Below are positions 17,250 through 27,551 of a DNA stretch of 40,016 nt, piece by piece. Position numbers and translations under genes: made by a program. Within the stretch, counting starts at the first letter, position 1, and each line of letters opens with the position of its first letter. This stretch comes from a virus. Taxonomy: Duplodnaviria > Caudoviricetes. The stretch spans positions 1 to 40,016 of the IMG/VR virus record IMGVR_UViG_3300032261_000031, one strand, 5' to 3'. Under the pieces are notes generated by a model, which saw only the letters and a list, made by a program, of their open reading frames with translations, ran no database searches and was not told where the DNA came from.

Positions 17250-17776
17250 GCGCCACCGTCGTGATCAGGATCCCGCCCGAGACGCAAGCGAAGCTCGAAA
17301 GGCTGCAAGCGTTGCCCGAAGAAGTCCCGCAAGCGATCAAGCGCGGCATGGACTACGCGCTGAGCGAGGTCAGAGGTCGGATCCAAGTCGAACGCTTGGG
17401 CGGCAAAGGGCCGTATCCGCCCGAGGAACACCGCCTAGGCATCGTGACCCAGCAGCTGCAGCGCTCGCTCCGCGAAGAACCGGCCGTCATCACCGACGGC
17501 GGCGAAACGATCACGGGCTCGATAGGTTCCCCACTGTTCTACGGCGCGCTGCACGAATACGGGTGGAGCGGCACCGTGGTGCGCGGTGGTCATTCGCTAG
17601 GATTTAGTGGCGTTATTGGGCGCGCTCTTCGACGTTTAACCGGAGGCGGCGCACCATATCACATGACGATACCCGAGCGCGCGGCGGTGCGCACCGGCGT
17701 GCAGGAGAACGCGGGGTTCATCGCCGAAGAAATCGGCGCGGAAATCGACGCGTCGCTGGAGGCGACGGAGAGATGA
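17246..17776 (+). CDS. Virion morphogenesis / tail completion protein (Mu gpG-like)
   Basis: TQQLQRSL, IGSPLFYGALHEYG and IPER motifs. Confidence 0.8.
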   Translation: MSATVVIRIPPETQAKLERLQALPEEVPQAIKRGMDYALSEVRGRIQVERLGGKGPYPPEEHRLGIVTQQLQRSLREEPAVITDGGETITGSIGSPLFYGALHEYGWSGTVVRGGHSLGFSGVIGRALRRLTGGGAPYHMTIPERAAVRTGVQENAGFIAEEIGAEIDASLEATER

Positions 17777-18243
17777 GCCAGCTCGTCGGATTGCAGAACG
17801 CGATCATCGGCCGGTTGACGGCGGTCGACCCGACCGTTCCCGCGCCCGTGCCGGTGAACGGACAAGTGCAGTGGATCACCGAGAACATCGGCGACCTCGG
17901 GTTCAACATCGCCAGGTTGACCGGCCACGTCGGCATCGTCGGAATCGTGACGACGCCCGGCGGCGGCAAGCTCTACAAGACCGGGATTTACCCGATCGAG
18001 TTCCGCTGCACGGTCGAGATCCAACTGCAAGAGAACGTGACGATCAATCGGGGCGCGAGCGGGACGCAGATCGCGTCGCTCACCCTCGTCGAGTTCATCA
18101 TGCAGCGCGTGCATTTGTTCTCGCCGCACGGACACCGGGCCGACCGAATCGAGCTGGCCTCGGTGCCTTTCAAGATGGTCACCGACCATCCGATCCTGGT
18201 TTACAACGTCAACTTCACCGCGCCGCTCGTGATAGGGAAATGA
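17773..18243 (+). CDS. Putative tail terminator
   Basis: 156 aa, between the gpG-like and tail tube genes. Assigned mainly by position. Confidence 0.55.
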   Translation: MSQLVGLQNAIIGRLTAVDPTVPAPVPVNGQVQWITENIGDLGFNIARLTGHVGIVGIVTTPGGGKLYKTGIYPIEFRCTVEIQLQENVTINRGASGTQIASLTLVEFIMQRVHLFSPHGHRADRIELASVPFKMVTDHPILVYNVNFTAPLVIGK

Positions 18244-18247
18244 TCTT

Positions 18248-18499
18248 ATGAACGAACCATCGCCGCAATTCCTCGTCGTCGGACAAGAAGTCATCTTCGT
18301 CGGCGCGGGCAAACGCCCGCACCACGCCACGATCACGGAGGTCTTGACCGATCGCGCCGCCCGGCTCGTCTCGAAGGACGGGCAAGCGACCTCGGTCAGC
18401 GAGTATAGCGAGACGGGCGAGGTCAACACGTTTCACTTTCCGCCTGTTGCCAAAGCCTCGGCGACAGCGGAAGCAAAATCAGAGGCACCAAAAAAATAA
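18248..18499 (+). CDS. Hypothetical protein (83 aa)
   Basis: Packed in operon with host-like codon usage. Confidence 0.6.
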   Translation: MNEPSPQFLVVGQEVIFVGAGKRPHHATITEVLTDRAARLVSKDGQATSVSEYSETGEVNTFHFPPVAKASATAEAKSEAPKK

Positions 18500-18511
18500 A
18501 GGACCAACACA

Positions 18512-19276
18512 ATGGATTACGGAGTAACCTACTCGAAAGAGCGCCTCACCGGACGAGGCTATTTCACCGCCACAGGTTCGACCAACGTGATCGACCTCGG
18601 CAACGTTCAAATGTTCGAAAGCGATTTCGGCATCAAGCGCAAGGAACATTTCGCGGCCCGGCGCGGAGTGCTCGCCCTGGACCGATACGACGCGTTCAGC
18701 TCGATGGGAGTCTGGCACATCACGCTCGACGAATACGTGACGCCGATGCTCCCGCTCCTGTGGAGCGGCACGGCGAACGTGGCGTTCACGCAAGCGGCGC
18801 AGCCGGCGGGGACGACGTTCATGACCACGCTCTCGCCTGGGCAAGGGGCGAACATCGGCTTCTACGGGCTTTATTCGGCGAGCTTGACCAGCCCCGCGAG
18901 CAAGGTCGAGGGACCGACCGCCGACTACGTGATCGACCGCGGCGGCGGCAAGCTTTACATCCCGCTGGTCTCGACGATCGCGGCGTCCACGGCTTGCACC
19001 GTCACCTTCGGAGCGCCGGCGCTCACCTACGACTCGATCACCGCGCTGACGACGCTCAACCGGCCCGGCACGTTCGAGCTGCAAGGTGAGGACGACTCGC
19101 TGGCCGGTCAATCGACGACCGGCACCGGTCCGGTCGCGCCCGTGCGCTACATCTTCACGTTCCCGTGCATCCTCTCGGCGGACAAGAGCGGGCAGTTCAA
19201 GCCGGACACGTTTCGCGAGACGATCCTGTTCGCGACTTTGACGAGCCCGATGACGGTGAAGCGCCTGACGATCTAA
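18512..19276 (+). CDS. Major tail tube protein (non-contractile tail)
   Basis: GRGYF...DLGNV N-terminal pattern; upstream of chaperones and tape measure; no sheath gene seen. Confidence 0.75.
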   Translation: MDYGVTYSKERLTGRGYFTATGSTNVIDLGNVQMFESDFGIKRKEHFAARRGVLALDRYDAFSSMGVWHITLDEYVTPMLPLLWSGTANVAFTQAAQPAGTTFMTTLSPGQGANIGFYGLYSASLTSPASKVEGPTADYVIDRGGGKLYIPLVSTIAASTACTVTFGAPALTYDSITALTTLNRPGTFELQGEDDSLAGQSTTGTGPVAPVRYIFTFPCILSADKSGQFKPDTFRETILFATLTSPMTVKRLTI

Positions 19277-19281
19277 CGCCT

Positions 19282-19641
19282 ATGGACAAAGCAACCGAAG
19301 AACTGATCACGGTGGCTGGCGGCATCGACTTGACGGTCAACTTCCAGAACGGCAACGGCAGCGAAGTCGTGAAGGTGCGCCAGATTCCCATCAGCAAACT
19401 GCAAGAGTATCTGAACGGACTCGGCGACGAGGCGAAGACGATCGAGCTCTACTGCGACAAGCCGAAAGGCTGGGCCGACACGCTCACCCTCGAGAGCGCG
19501 ACCCAGATCGCCGACAAAGGGCAAGGGCTCAACAGCCCTTTTGTCGAAGCTTGGTGGAAGCGACAAGCGATATGGCGAGAAATCCAAATGCCGTGGGTGG
19601 CCGCCGTGACCACCACCGAAAACGCCGAGACCAAAAAGTAG
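19282..19641 (+). CDS. Tail assembly chaperone (gpG-like)
   Basis: Between tube and tape measure; ends ACC AAA AAG TAG. Confidence 0.7.
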   Translation: MDKATEELITVAGGIDLTVNFQNGNGSEVVKVRQIPISKLQEYLNGLGDEAKTIELYCDKPKGWADTLTLESATQIADKGQGLNSPFVEAWWKRQAIWREIQMPWVAAVTTTENAETKK

Positions 19642-19895
19642 ATGACCGCGTTTCGCTCGGCCAACTCTGCGCGTCAGTCGCTTATCACTACCACCTGACG
19701 CCAGCGCAAGTCGCCGAGTTCAGCGGGCAGCAGCTGATGCTGTGGCTGCGCCGCGCCACCGTCGAGACGGGCCGCGCCAAGCTGCTCGACTTGGACGTGG
19801 CGGTCGTTCCCCACGCCGAACAACCCGATCGCGCGCTGCGCAATCTGCGCGAGAATCTGCTACAGATGATGGAGGAACGAGATGGCGACCGCTGA
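19635..19895 (+). CDS. Tail assembly chaperone extension (gpT-like), probably reached by -1 frameshift
   Basis: Open -1 frame overlapping the chaperone stop. YHLTPAQVAEFSGQQLMLW resembles gpT-type segments. No clear start of its own. Confidence 0.65.
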   Translation, partial: KVDDRVSLGQLCASVAYHYHLTPAQVAEFSGQQLMLWLRRATVETGRAKLLDLDVAVVPHAEQPDRALRNLRENLLQMMEERDGDR

Positions 19896-22074
19896 CAGCA
19901 CCCTGCAAGTCGACGTCGTGACGACGGCGGACTTGTCCGGCGTGAGGCAAGTCCAGGCCGAGACGAGCAGGGTCCAAGAGTTGTGGGCGGTCAACCTCAA
20001 CACGCTCGGCAAGGTCAACGACGAGATCAAGAACCAGCAGGGCAATTGGACGACGGTCGCGCGGTTGACCGAGGACATCGAGCGCCATTTGCTCAACCAC
20101 GTCACGCACATCAGGGGCGTCGGCTCGGCGCTGGCCGAGGTGAACGTCGGCTTCGCGCTGCTGGCGGGAGCCGCTGCGGGCATCGTTCTGGCGATCAACA
20201 AAGCCGACACCGAGGAACGGAAGTTCGTCGCGACCGTGCAGGCGGCCAACGCCGAGATAGCCAAGACCTCCGAGCTGTTCACGCGCATGGCCCAGGCGGT
20301 GACCAGCGAGGAAGATCTGTCGCGGCTCGCGACCGAATTCGCGACGAAGCTCGACGACGCGAACAACAAGATCGCCGAGTTCTCGCGCAAGTCGGAGCAA
20401 CCCATCGGCTTCTGGCACGCCATCCTCGACCTGGTCGCGCAAGTCGGCGCGGCCACGCAACTGGGGACGGCGGTGGACCCGTTCATCGCCGCTACCCAAA
20501 GGGCGCACGACGAACTGCTGAGGGAGCGCGACGCGTTGCTCGAAGCCGAAATGGCCTCCCGCCAGCTCGCCCAATCGCAATTGGATTGGGTGGATACCTT
20601 GCCGCGCACGCAAGCGGGGATCAACCAGGTCCAGACCCAGATCGAGTTCTGGAAGCAACGCATGCAGGAGGCGCAGGCGATGGGCACGGCCGGCATCGCG
20701 CTTTGGATAGAATACGCGCGCGTGGTCGAGAACCTGCAGCGGGTTTTGAACTTGCTCACCAACGAGTTCAACTCGCTCGCCGCCGTGCAGCAAAGGCTCG
20801 ACGCGCAGACCCGGCTCGCCAACGCGGCCGGCAACGAGACGCTCACCCTTCGGGCCAAGATCGTCAACGCTTGGTATGAGGAATACAACGCCTCGAAGCT
20901 CGCCGGCTACACCGAGGAACAAGCGCAACAGAACGCGGCGCAAGCGGCCTACAACACGCAACGGCTCGCCGGCGCCGCGCTTTCGGCCAAGGACGCGCAC
21001 AAGGACCTGACCGCCGCGCTGCGCGAGGAGCACGCCATGCTTCAGCAGATCCGCGCCGAACAGGAACTGACCAAGACCGCGCCGTTCATGGGCGCGGACG
21101 AAAAACAGGTGGCATTGCTGCGCGAATACGGCGCTGAGATGGCCGAGATCGAGGCCGAACTCGCGCGGATCAGCAGGCTGAAAGTCGGAGTGACCGACCC
21201 GGTGGAGATGGCGCAACTCAACGCCCAGACGCTGCAATTGCAAAATCGTTGGCGACAGATCGCGCAGGAGCAATCGGCGCTGATGCACCCATTGCAGGCG
21301 CAATTGCAGACGTGGGTCAACAGCTGGGGCACGGCGGTCCATCAGATCGGGACATTGATCGAGGACACAATCGGCAAGGCGTTGGAAAGTTTGAACACGT
21401 GGATCACGACCGGAAAGTTCAACCTGCAATCGTTCATGCAGCAGATCGAAATGCTCGGGCTCAAGCTGGTCGAGCAACTGATTTTGCAGCAGGCAATGGC
21501 GCTGATCAACTCACGCATAAACGCCGAGCTGGCGCGGATCACCGGCGGCCAGATCGCGGCCGCGATGGCTCCGGCGGCCACGGCGGCCACAATCGCGACC
21601 GAAGGCGCGGCGGCGGCAGACGCGCCGTGGCAAGTGGCTCTCGCGCTCAGTTCGGTCACCGGAATATTGGGCGGCGGCGGAGGCAGCGCGTCAGGAGGGT
21701 TCCACGCGGGCGGCGAGATCCCCCGTTTTCACAACGGCGGTCTTTCCAGCGATGAGCGGCTCATCGTCGCGCAAGCGGGCGAGATCGTGATGCAGCGCAG
21801 CGTGGCGCAGGCAAATCGCGATTTCCTTTTGGCGATGAACGCGGGCGTGATTCGTCACCGTGGCGGGGAGATTCCGCTCGCGCTGCGGCATTCCGGTGGC
21901 GAGATCGGGCGTTATCACGACGGCGGCGCGGTCGGCGGGAGCACGCTCGGCGGCGTGCACGTTTATGCTTTCACGGACATGCAGGCGTTGCTTAAGCAGA
22001 TGGCGTCGGCCAAAGGACAGAAGGTCATCTTCGACACCGTGAAAGGGCAGCAAATCAACTTGGGCATCGGATGA
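19882..22074 (+). CDS. Tape measure protein
   Basis: 730 aa, Ala/Gln/Glu-rich and helical; C-terminal FHAGG/FHNGG/HSGG/YHDGG repeats and GEIVM. Confidence 0.9.
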   Translation: MATADSTLQVDVVTTADLSGVRQVQAETSRVQELWAVNLNTLGKVNDEIKNQQGNWTTVARLTEDIERHLLNHVTHIRGVGSALAEVNVGFALLAGAAAGIVLAINKADTEERKFVATVQAANAEIAKTSELFTRMAQAVTSEEDLSRLATEFATKLDDANNKIAEFSRKSEQPIGFWHAILDLVAQVGAATQLGTAVDPFIAATQRAHDELLRERDALLEAEMASRQLAQSQLDWVDTLPRTQAGINQVQTQIEFWKQRMQEAQAMGTAGIALWIEYARVVENLQRVLNLLTNEFNSLAAVQQRLDAQTRLANAAGNETLTLRAKIVNAWYEEYNASKLAGYTEEQAQQNAAQAAYNTQRLAGAALSAKDAHKDLTAALREEHAMLQQIRAEQELTKTAPFMGADEKQVALLREYGAEMAEIEAELARISRLKVGVTDPVEMAQLNAQTLQLQNRWRQIAQEQSALMHPLQAQLQTWVNSWGTAVHQIGTLIEDTIGKALESLNTWITTGKFNLQSFMQQIEMLGLKLVEQLILQQAMALINSRINAELARITGGQIAAAMAPAATAATIATEGAAAADAPWQVALALSSVTGILGGGGGSASGGFHAGGEIPRFHNGGLSSDERLIVAQAGEIVMQRSVAQANRDFLLAMNAGVIRHRGGEIPLALRHSGGEIGRYHDGGAVGGSTLGGVHVYAFTDMQALLKQMASAKGQKVIFDTVKGQQINLGIG

Positions 22075-24284
22075 TCGCGCGGATTATCACTTGGCAATCG
22101 ACGCAGGTCGGTTTGCTAGTCGCGCCGCCGGAATGGGGCGCGGGCGTGAAACTCGCGTTGGAACTGCCGACCGACGTCAGCAAAGTGCCGATCACGTTCG
22201 CCGAGTCCCGGCGCAACTTCGCCCAGACCGCCCGCTACACGATGACGTGGCGCTCGTATCTGGCCGACGCGGCGAGCGCGACTGAGCTTCGCCTGTTCCT
22301 GACCCGCATCCGGAGCGAGTCGATCCTCGCGCCACTTTGGCCAGACGTGTGCGAAACCACCGTGGCCTCGCTCGCCGGGGCAACCAGCTTCACCGCGTTT
22401 GATAGCCCGGTCCGCAGCGGAAGCAATTGGCTGGTGGCGGCGCCGGACTTTAGCGTTTGGGAGATCGTGACCGTGACTGGCATCACCGGCACGGCAGGCG
22501 CTTACACGATCACGCTTTCGCCGGGTGCCGTGAACGCTTGGCCGGTCGGGACGTGGCTTTTCCCGCTCATGCTCGGGCGCTTGGAGAAGAGGCCGCAGCC
22601 GGAGGCGATCACCGATGAGACCCTCGATGTCGAGATGACGATTAAGGAAAGCAGCGATTACCCTTACAACGTCGCGACCACGCCCGTCACCCTCACCACA
22701 GTCGGCGGCAACATTCCCAGTTTCTCCGCACTGCCGCTTTGGGACGTGGCACCGAACTTTGCCCGCCCGCTGGATTGGACCGAGATGCCGGACGTTTTCT
22801 ATCAGCAGGTTGGGTTCTTGCGCCGGGAGCAGCTGCGCGATTACCAGCACAAGGTGCCGCGCGGGCAGGAGCTGGAATTTTATCAAGCGGACCGCACCTC
22901 GCTCTCCAAGATTGAAACCTTTTGGCGGAACTCGTTGGGAACCACCTTGCGGTTTTGCGTCCCGACTTATCGTGGCGATTTGCGGATGCTGGCCGACACG
23001 CCGGGCGGCGCCGCGCTCATCCGGTGCGAGAAAAGCTTCTTTTCCGATCCGAGCCGGGAAACGCAACCGGGCGACCCGTTCATTGCGCTGATCGACATTA
23101 ACAGCGTGGTGACGCCTTATCAGGTCACGACGACGGACCTACCGACTGAAACCGACTTGAACGCGACCGTGAATGTCGCGGCTTTCCCCGCTGCGAGCAC
23201 GATTGTGAGCGCGTTGCTGCTCGCCCGATTTGCCGACGCCAAGTTGGAGTGGGATTACACGACGCCTTACCTCGGCACAGCACGAATCAAGTTTGTCGAT
23301 CTCCCGGCGGAATATGCCGGGGACTTCCTGAGCAGCACGCTCATCCTCGAAAACGGCACCGACACGTTCGTGACCGAGGACGGGCTAAATTTTCTCATCA
23401 CCGAAGCGACCAGCGTGCTGCCGCCAGTGCTGCCCCAGCCCGCTTACCTGTTCATTCTGACCGAGACCGGCATCACCACGTCGCGCTACACGTCTTACGA
23501 GAACACGATCACGATCGCGTCGGGCAATTACGCGGGCACTTACACCCCGGCGCCGTTCGCGTTCGACAAAGTGAAAGTGACGCTGAAACTCGACCAGGAA
23601 AAAATGGACATTCAGTCGTTCAAGTTTGTCGGGAATCCTTTGAACAAGCTGTGGCCGTTCGCGCTCGACGGCATTCTGACAATCGAGATCGTAGAAGTGG
23701 ACTCGCAAAATCCCTCCTCGACCACCGCGATCTCGCGCTTCTACGGCGATGTGTGGTCGATTGATTCGGCTTACAAAGCGGTCGGGATTCCGTTTGGCAA
23801 TTTATTTGACCGCAAATTCCCACGCTTTCTGTTTCAAGTGACGGACAACTACCAGCAGTTCAGTGCGCCAACGCAAATCTCGGCCGCGTCGTTTCTTTAC
23901 ACCGGCACGCTTCCGGCCACGATCAACACGACGTCGCAAACAATCGGCGTCACGAGCGCGACCGCTTACGCGCAAGTGCAATCGTTTTTTGCCGGAGGCT
24001 GGTTGGAGACCGGCACGGGCGCGAACTTCGAACGCCGGTCGATCATCGAGTCAACGCCATCCGGCACCGCCAACGTCGTCACCCTTTACATCGACCGACC
24101 GTTGCTCAAAGCGACCGGCTCGCAGAGCGTGAATTTTTATCCCGGCTATGATGGTTCGATCATTCAGTGCGACAATAAATTTAATAACCGGATAAATTTC
24201 GGCGGGCACCCGTTCATTCCGAACATCAATCCCGGCGTGAGAGCGATCAAACCGAAGGCGACGAAGGGCGGCAAGAAAGCGTGA
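22071..24284 (+). CDS. Fused distal-tail / baseplate hub protein (C-terminal BR0599/DUF2163-like)
   Basis: C-terminus YPGYDGSIIQCDNKFNNRINFGGHPFIP matches the BR0599-type consensus. N-terminal half is Dit-like by position. Confidence 0.75.
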   Translation: MIARIITWQSTQVGLLVAPPEWGAGVKLALELPTDVSKVPITFAESRRNFAQTARYTMTWRSYLADAASATELRLFLTRIRSESILAPLWPDVCETTVASLAGATSFTAFDSPVRSGSNWLVAAPDFSVWEIVTVTGITGTAGAYTITLSPGAVNAWPVGTWLFPLMLGRLEKRPQPEAITDETLDVEMTIKESSDYPYNVATTPVTLTTVGGNIPSFSALPLWDVAPNFARPLDWTEMPDVFYQQVGFLRREQLRDYQHKVPRGQELEFYQADRTSLSKIETFWRNSLGTTLRFCVPTYRGDLRMLADTPGGAALIRCEKSFFSDPSRETQPGDPFIALIDINSVVTPYQVTTTDLPTETDLNATVNVAAFPAASTIVSALLLARFADAKLEWDYTTPYLGTARIKFVDLPAEYAGDFLSSTLILENGTDTFVTEDGLNFLITEATSVLPPVLPQPAYLFILTETGITTSRYTSYENTITIASGNYAGTYTPAPFAFDKVKVTLKLDQEKMDIQSFKFVGNPLNKLWPFALDGILTIEIVEVDSQNPSSTTAISRFYGDVWSIDSAYKAVGIPFGNLFDRKFPRFLFQVTDNYQQFSAPTQISAASFLYTGTLPATINTTSQTIGVTSATAYAQVQSFFAGGWLETGTGANFERRSIIESTPSGTANVVTLYIDRPLLKATGSQSVNFYPGYDGSIIQCDNKFNNRINFGGHPFIPNINPGVRAIKPKATKGGKKA

Positions 24285-24285
24285 A

Positions 24286-24879
24286 ATGAACGTCGCGTCC
24301 TACTTCGACGACTTGGAAAAAGCCAGCGCTCTTAACGTTGAAGCGCGGAGTTGGATAGGGACGCCGTTCCGCGAATACTACCAGCAGAAGTTCACGCCGG
24401 AAGACGTCAAAGGTGTCGGTGGCGGCATAGATTGTGTCGGGCTGGTGCAGGAGATATTTGCTCGGATCGGGGCGACTGAGCAGTTCGTGTTCCCACGGGA
24501 AAGCTCCGATTATCAGGCGCACGGGCTGGGCGAAAAAATACTTCGGTGGATGCGCGGACAGGTCGAGGACCCGCAGAGCGAACGCCTGTCGGAAATCTTG
24601 ATCGAGCTGGCAATACCCGAAGACGTTACAGACCCGAATGCCGTAACACCGCGCGATTTCTTTAAGCCGGGCGACATCTGTGTGCTCCGACACGGCAGCC
24701 TGTTCCATCTGCCGCTCATAATCGACAATCATTTGCACATCGTCAACGCGCTGCCGCGCCTCGGCGTGGTCGAAGGCACCATGCAGGACTCCACCTTCAG
24801 CAGCCATCTGGTCGCCGTTTTCAGATTGCGAGGCGCCGTGCTGACGTCCGAACCGGAAAGCGCGGCGGAGAAAAACTGA
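24286..24879 (+). CDS. NlpC/P60-family tail tip protein
   Basis: ARSWIGTPF, GIDCVGLV and PGDI...H motifs; canonical position between hub and central fibre. Confidence 0.85.
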   Translation: MNVASYFDDLEKASALNVEARSWIGTPFREYYQQKFTPEDVKGVGGGIDCVGLVQEIFARIGATEQFVFPRESSDYQAHGLGEKILRWMRGQVEDPQSERLSEILIELAIPEDVTDPNAVTPRDFFKPGDICVLRHGSLFHLPLIIDNHLHIVNALPRLGVVEGTMQDSTFSSHLVAVFRLRGAVLTSEPESAAEKN

Positions 24880-24880
24880 T

Positions 24881-27547
24881 ATGGGATTTTGGGGCAACAC
24901 ATCGCAGCAGCAAAAGCAGCAGAAGAAGTATGCCAACATCAACACTGACCAGCTCAATTCAACTCAGCAAGCGACCCCGGTTAAATACTTGGCCGGGCGC
25001 AGCTACGTCGCGGGCGATTATCTGTCGCCGTGCTACAACGTGGTCGCGAAGCCGGTGAAGACGCAGACAGGAAAATCGGAGACCAGCACGACCGGCTACA
25101 AGTATTACGCCGATTTCGCGTTGGTCTTTTGCACCGGCGGTCGGCACCCGGTCGACGCGGTTTACAAGGTTATCGTCGACTCCGACATCCGATGGACCGG
25201 TAACATTCAGCGCGTGCCAGGCGTCGACTACGAAACGATCACGGTCGACGGACTCGGCACGATCAATCTTTATTGGGGCACCGAGACGCAAGCGATAGAC
25301 ACGATCTTGTTGAGCCCGCGCAGCGTCCCGATCGGCGGCGCGGGCGACCCGCAGGACCTGACGACCTATCCGCCTAACCAAGCGACCGGCGGCGCGCCAG
25401 TTTACGCTGGCGTGGCGGCGGGCGACCCGAACCCATACAGCGGCCACTACGATTACCACCCCGCATATCGCGGCCAATGCTACGCGACGTTTCCCGGCTG
25501 GTTTTTAGGTCGAGACCGGACCAACGTGCAGAACATCCAGCTTGAGCTTGAACGCGGTTGCCCCTTTTTCGGGACTGACGTCTTCGCCGACCCAAGCGGC
25601 AACGGGATCAACCCGATCGCGGTGCTTTACGATTGGCTGACCGACGGGAGGTTCGGGATGGGGCTTGCCGATTCCCAGCTTAATCAGCAGATGTTTCAAG
25701 CCGCTTTCAACGCGCTCGAAACCGGATCGCTCATGCCGGGGCGCATCTCGCCGATGATCGCCACCCAGGACGATTTCCGCAAAGCGGTCGCGACGCTGCT
25801 CGAATATTTCGACGGCTGGATCCGGCGCAACGGTCAGGTGATCGAGTGCGGAATGTGGAAGCGCGGGACCGACGTGGTGAGCGTCGCGACCCTGACAGAC
25901 GACGACTTGCTGCACGATCCCGAACTTGAACCACAGGGATGGTCGACGACCCAGAACGAAATCACCGTGGTCTACAAGGACAAGGACCATCACTACAACG
26001 ATTACGTCCAGAGCTACCGCGACGCCACGAACTTTCGCGTGACCGGTCAGCCGCGCCAGATGAGTTATCAGCGCCCGTGGATCACCGATTTCAACATCGC
26101 CAAGACCTACGCCCGGCTGGTCGGCCAGTTCATGTCGATGCCGATCACCCAAGGCACCTTGACCGTGAAGCGGGAATGGCTGACCAACAACGCGATGCTG
26201 GCCGGAACCGTGTTCACTTACAACTCGTCATTCTACGGGCTCAGTTTTCTGATGCGCCTTTACGAGATCGAATATCCAGCAGACAAAGCGGCCGAGGCCA
26301 CGCTAACGGTCGAGTGGGAACGTGGCCAATGGCCTGCGATGTATTTGGCGCCGGGCGTCCACGGCCCCGGCGGATTCGTTAGCGGACCGCGCGCCATCTT
26401 CCAAAGTCAGATGAGCGAGATTCCCTACATCCTCGCCGATCACGCATTCCTGACCCAGCTCGTCCCGTTCGCCGTGCGCGGCAACGTCGACGTGCAAGGC
26501 TACCGGATTTGGGTGAGCTTCGACGGCGGGCAAACTTACCAAGTGCTGCCGAACGCGGCCTCGACCTCGATGTTCGGTTCGATGGGGCTGGTCAACACCG
26601 CTGTGCTCGCAACGGACACGACCATCCTGACCAACCTTTACGGAGTCGATCTGGACGAAGTCATCAGCCAAAACGCCGCGCAACAAAACAACGACACGCT
26701 GCTCTGCTTGATCGCGGGCGAGATGATGAGTGTCGGCACGGTGAGCGCGCTCGGTGCCGGACTTTACTCGATCAACGTGATTCGGGGGCGTTACGCGACT
26801 ACGCCGCAGGCGTATCCAATCGGGCAGTTCATGGCGTTCATTTACCGGGATCGCTTGCGTCTGCTCGATAACGCCCAGTTCGTGCCCGGCTCGACCGTCG
26901 CCTACAAATATCAACCGTTCACGGCTGCGGCTGACTTCGATCTCGCGTCGATCCCGGCGAACTTTTACACCGTCATCGGCTTCGGCACCGTCCCGCTGCC
27001 GGTGCTCGCGCCGCCGCCCGGTCCTTTCAACGCCAGTGTTGCGGTAACGTGCAGCGCTGCGCCCGCTGGGTTCACGATCCGATATACCCGCGACGGAACG
27101 CCGGTCACGTTGTCGTCGTCCACATGGCCGGGCGGCGGCGCAGCGATCACGCTTAGCGCGTCGACCCTGATTCGGGTGCGTTTTATGGCTGGTAGCGGGC
27201 AGCAATCCGGCGAGATCCAAGGGCAATATACGCTCACGACCGGAACGCTGCCGACCGCGCAATGCAGCGCGCCGAGCTGGTTGTTCAGCGGAACGGTCGG
27301 CTCGACCAGCGGTAACATGACGTTGAGCGCGACCACGGCGGGCTCGACGATTCTTTACAGCTTGAATGGCGGCGCGAACACGACTTACACCGGACCGGTT
27401 TTCATGGCCTGCACCTCCGGCGGAGATGTGATTGAATTCTGGGCGACTAAATCGGGTTTGTTAGATTCCGCGCACACGATCGTCGATAACACAAAGCAGA
27501 AGCAATACGGAGGCACCGGGAGCAGCGGAGGACACCTGCCGCAGTGA
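24881..27547 (+). CDS. Central tail fibre / host-specificity protein (gpJ/megatron-like) with C-terminal Fn3-associated repeats
   Basis: PAYRGQCY, NPIAVLYDWLTD and RGRYATTP motifs; C-terminal IRYTRDGT and ILYSLNG repeats. Confidence 0.85.
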   Translation: MGFWGNTSQQQKQQKKYANINTDQLNSTQQATPVKYLAGRSYVAGDYLSPCYNVVAKPVKTQTGKSETSTTGYKYYADFALVFCTGGRHPVDAVYKVIVDSDIRWTGNIQRVPGVDYETITVDGLGTINLYWGTETQAIDTILLSPRSVPIGGAGDPQDLTTYPPNQATGGAPVYAGVAAGDPNPYSGHYDYHPAYRGQCYATFPGWFLGRDRTNVQNIQLELERGCPFFGTDVFADPSGNGINPIAVLYDWLTDGRFGMGLADSQLNQQMFQAAFNALETGSLMPGRISPMIATQDDFRKAVATLLEYFDGWIRRNGQVIECGMWKRGTDVVSVATLTDDDLLHDPELEPQGWSTTQNEITVVYKDKDHHYNDYVQSYRDATNFRVTGQPRQMSYQRPWITDFNIAKTYARLVGQFMSMPITQGTLTVKREWLTNNAMLAGTVFTYNSSFYGLSFLMRLYEIEYPADKAAEATLTVEWERGQWPAMYLAPGVHGPGGFVSGPRAIFQSQMSEIPYILADHAFLTQLVPFAVRGNVDVQGYRIWVSFDGGQTYQVLPNAASTSMFGSMGLVNTAVLATDTTILTNLYGVDLDEVISQNAAQQNNDTLLCLIAGEMMSVGTVSALGAGLYSINVIRGRYATTPQAYPIGQFMAFIYRDRLRLLDNAQFVPGSTVAYKYQPFTAAADFDLASIPANFYTVIGFGTVPLPVLAPPPGPFNASVAVTCSAAPAGFTIRYTRDGTPVTLSSSTWPGGGAAITLSASTLIRVRFMAGSGQQSGEIQGQYTLTTGTLPTAQCSAPSWLFSGTVGSTSGNMTLSATTAGSTILYSLNGGANTTYTGPVFMACTSGGDVIEFWATKSGLLDSAHTIVDNTKQKQYGGTGSSGGHLPQ

Positions 27548-27551
27548 TTTT

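Noticed and set aside
5992-21477. Long antisense ORFs (e.g. 5992-7590, 8905-11019, 12559-14268, 19720-21477)
   Set aside because: Expected mirror frames of high-GC coding genes; no recognisable motifs.
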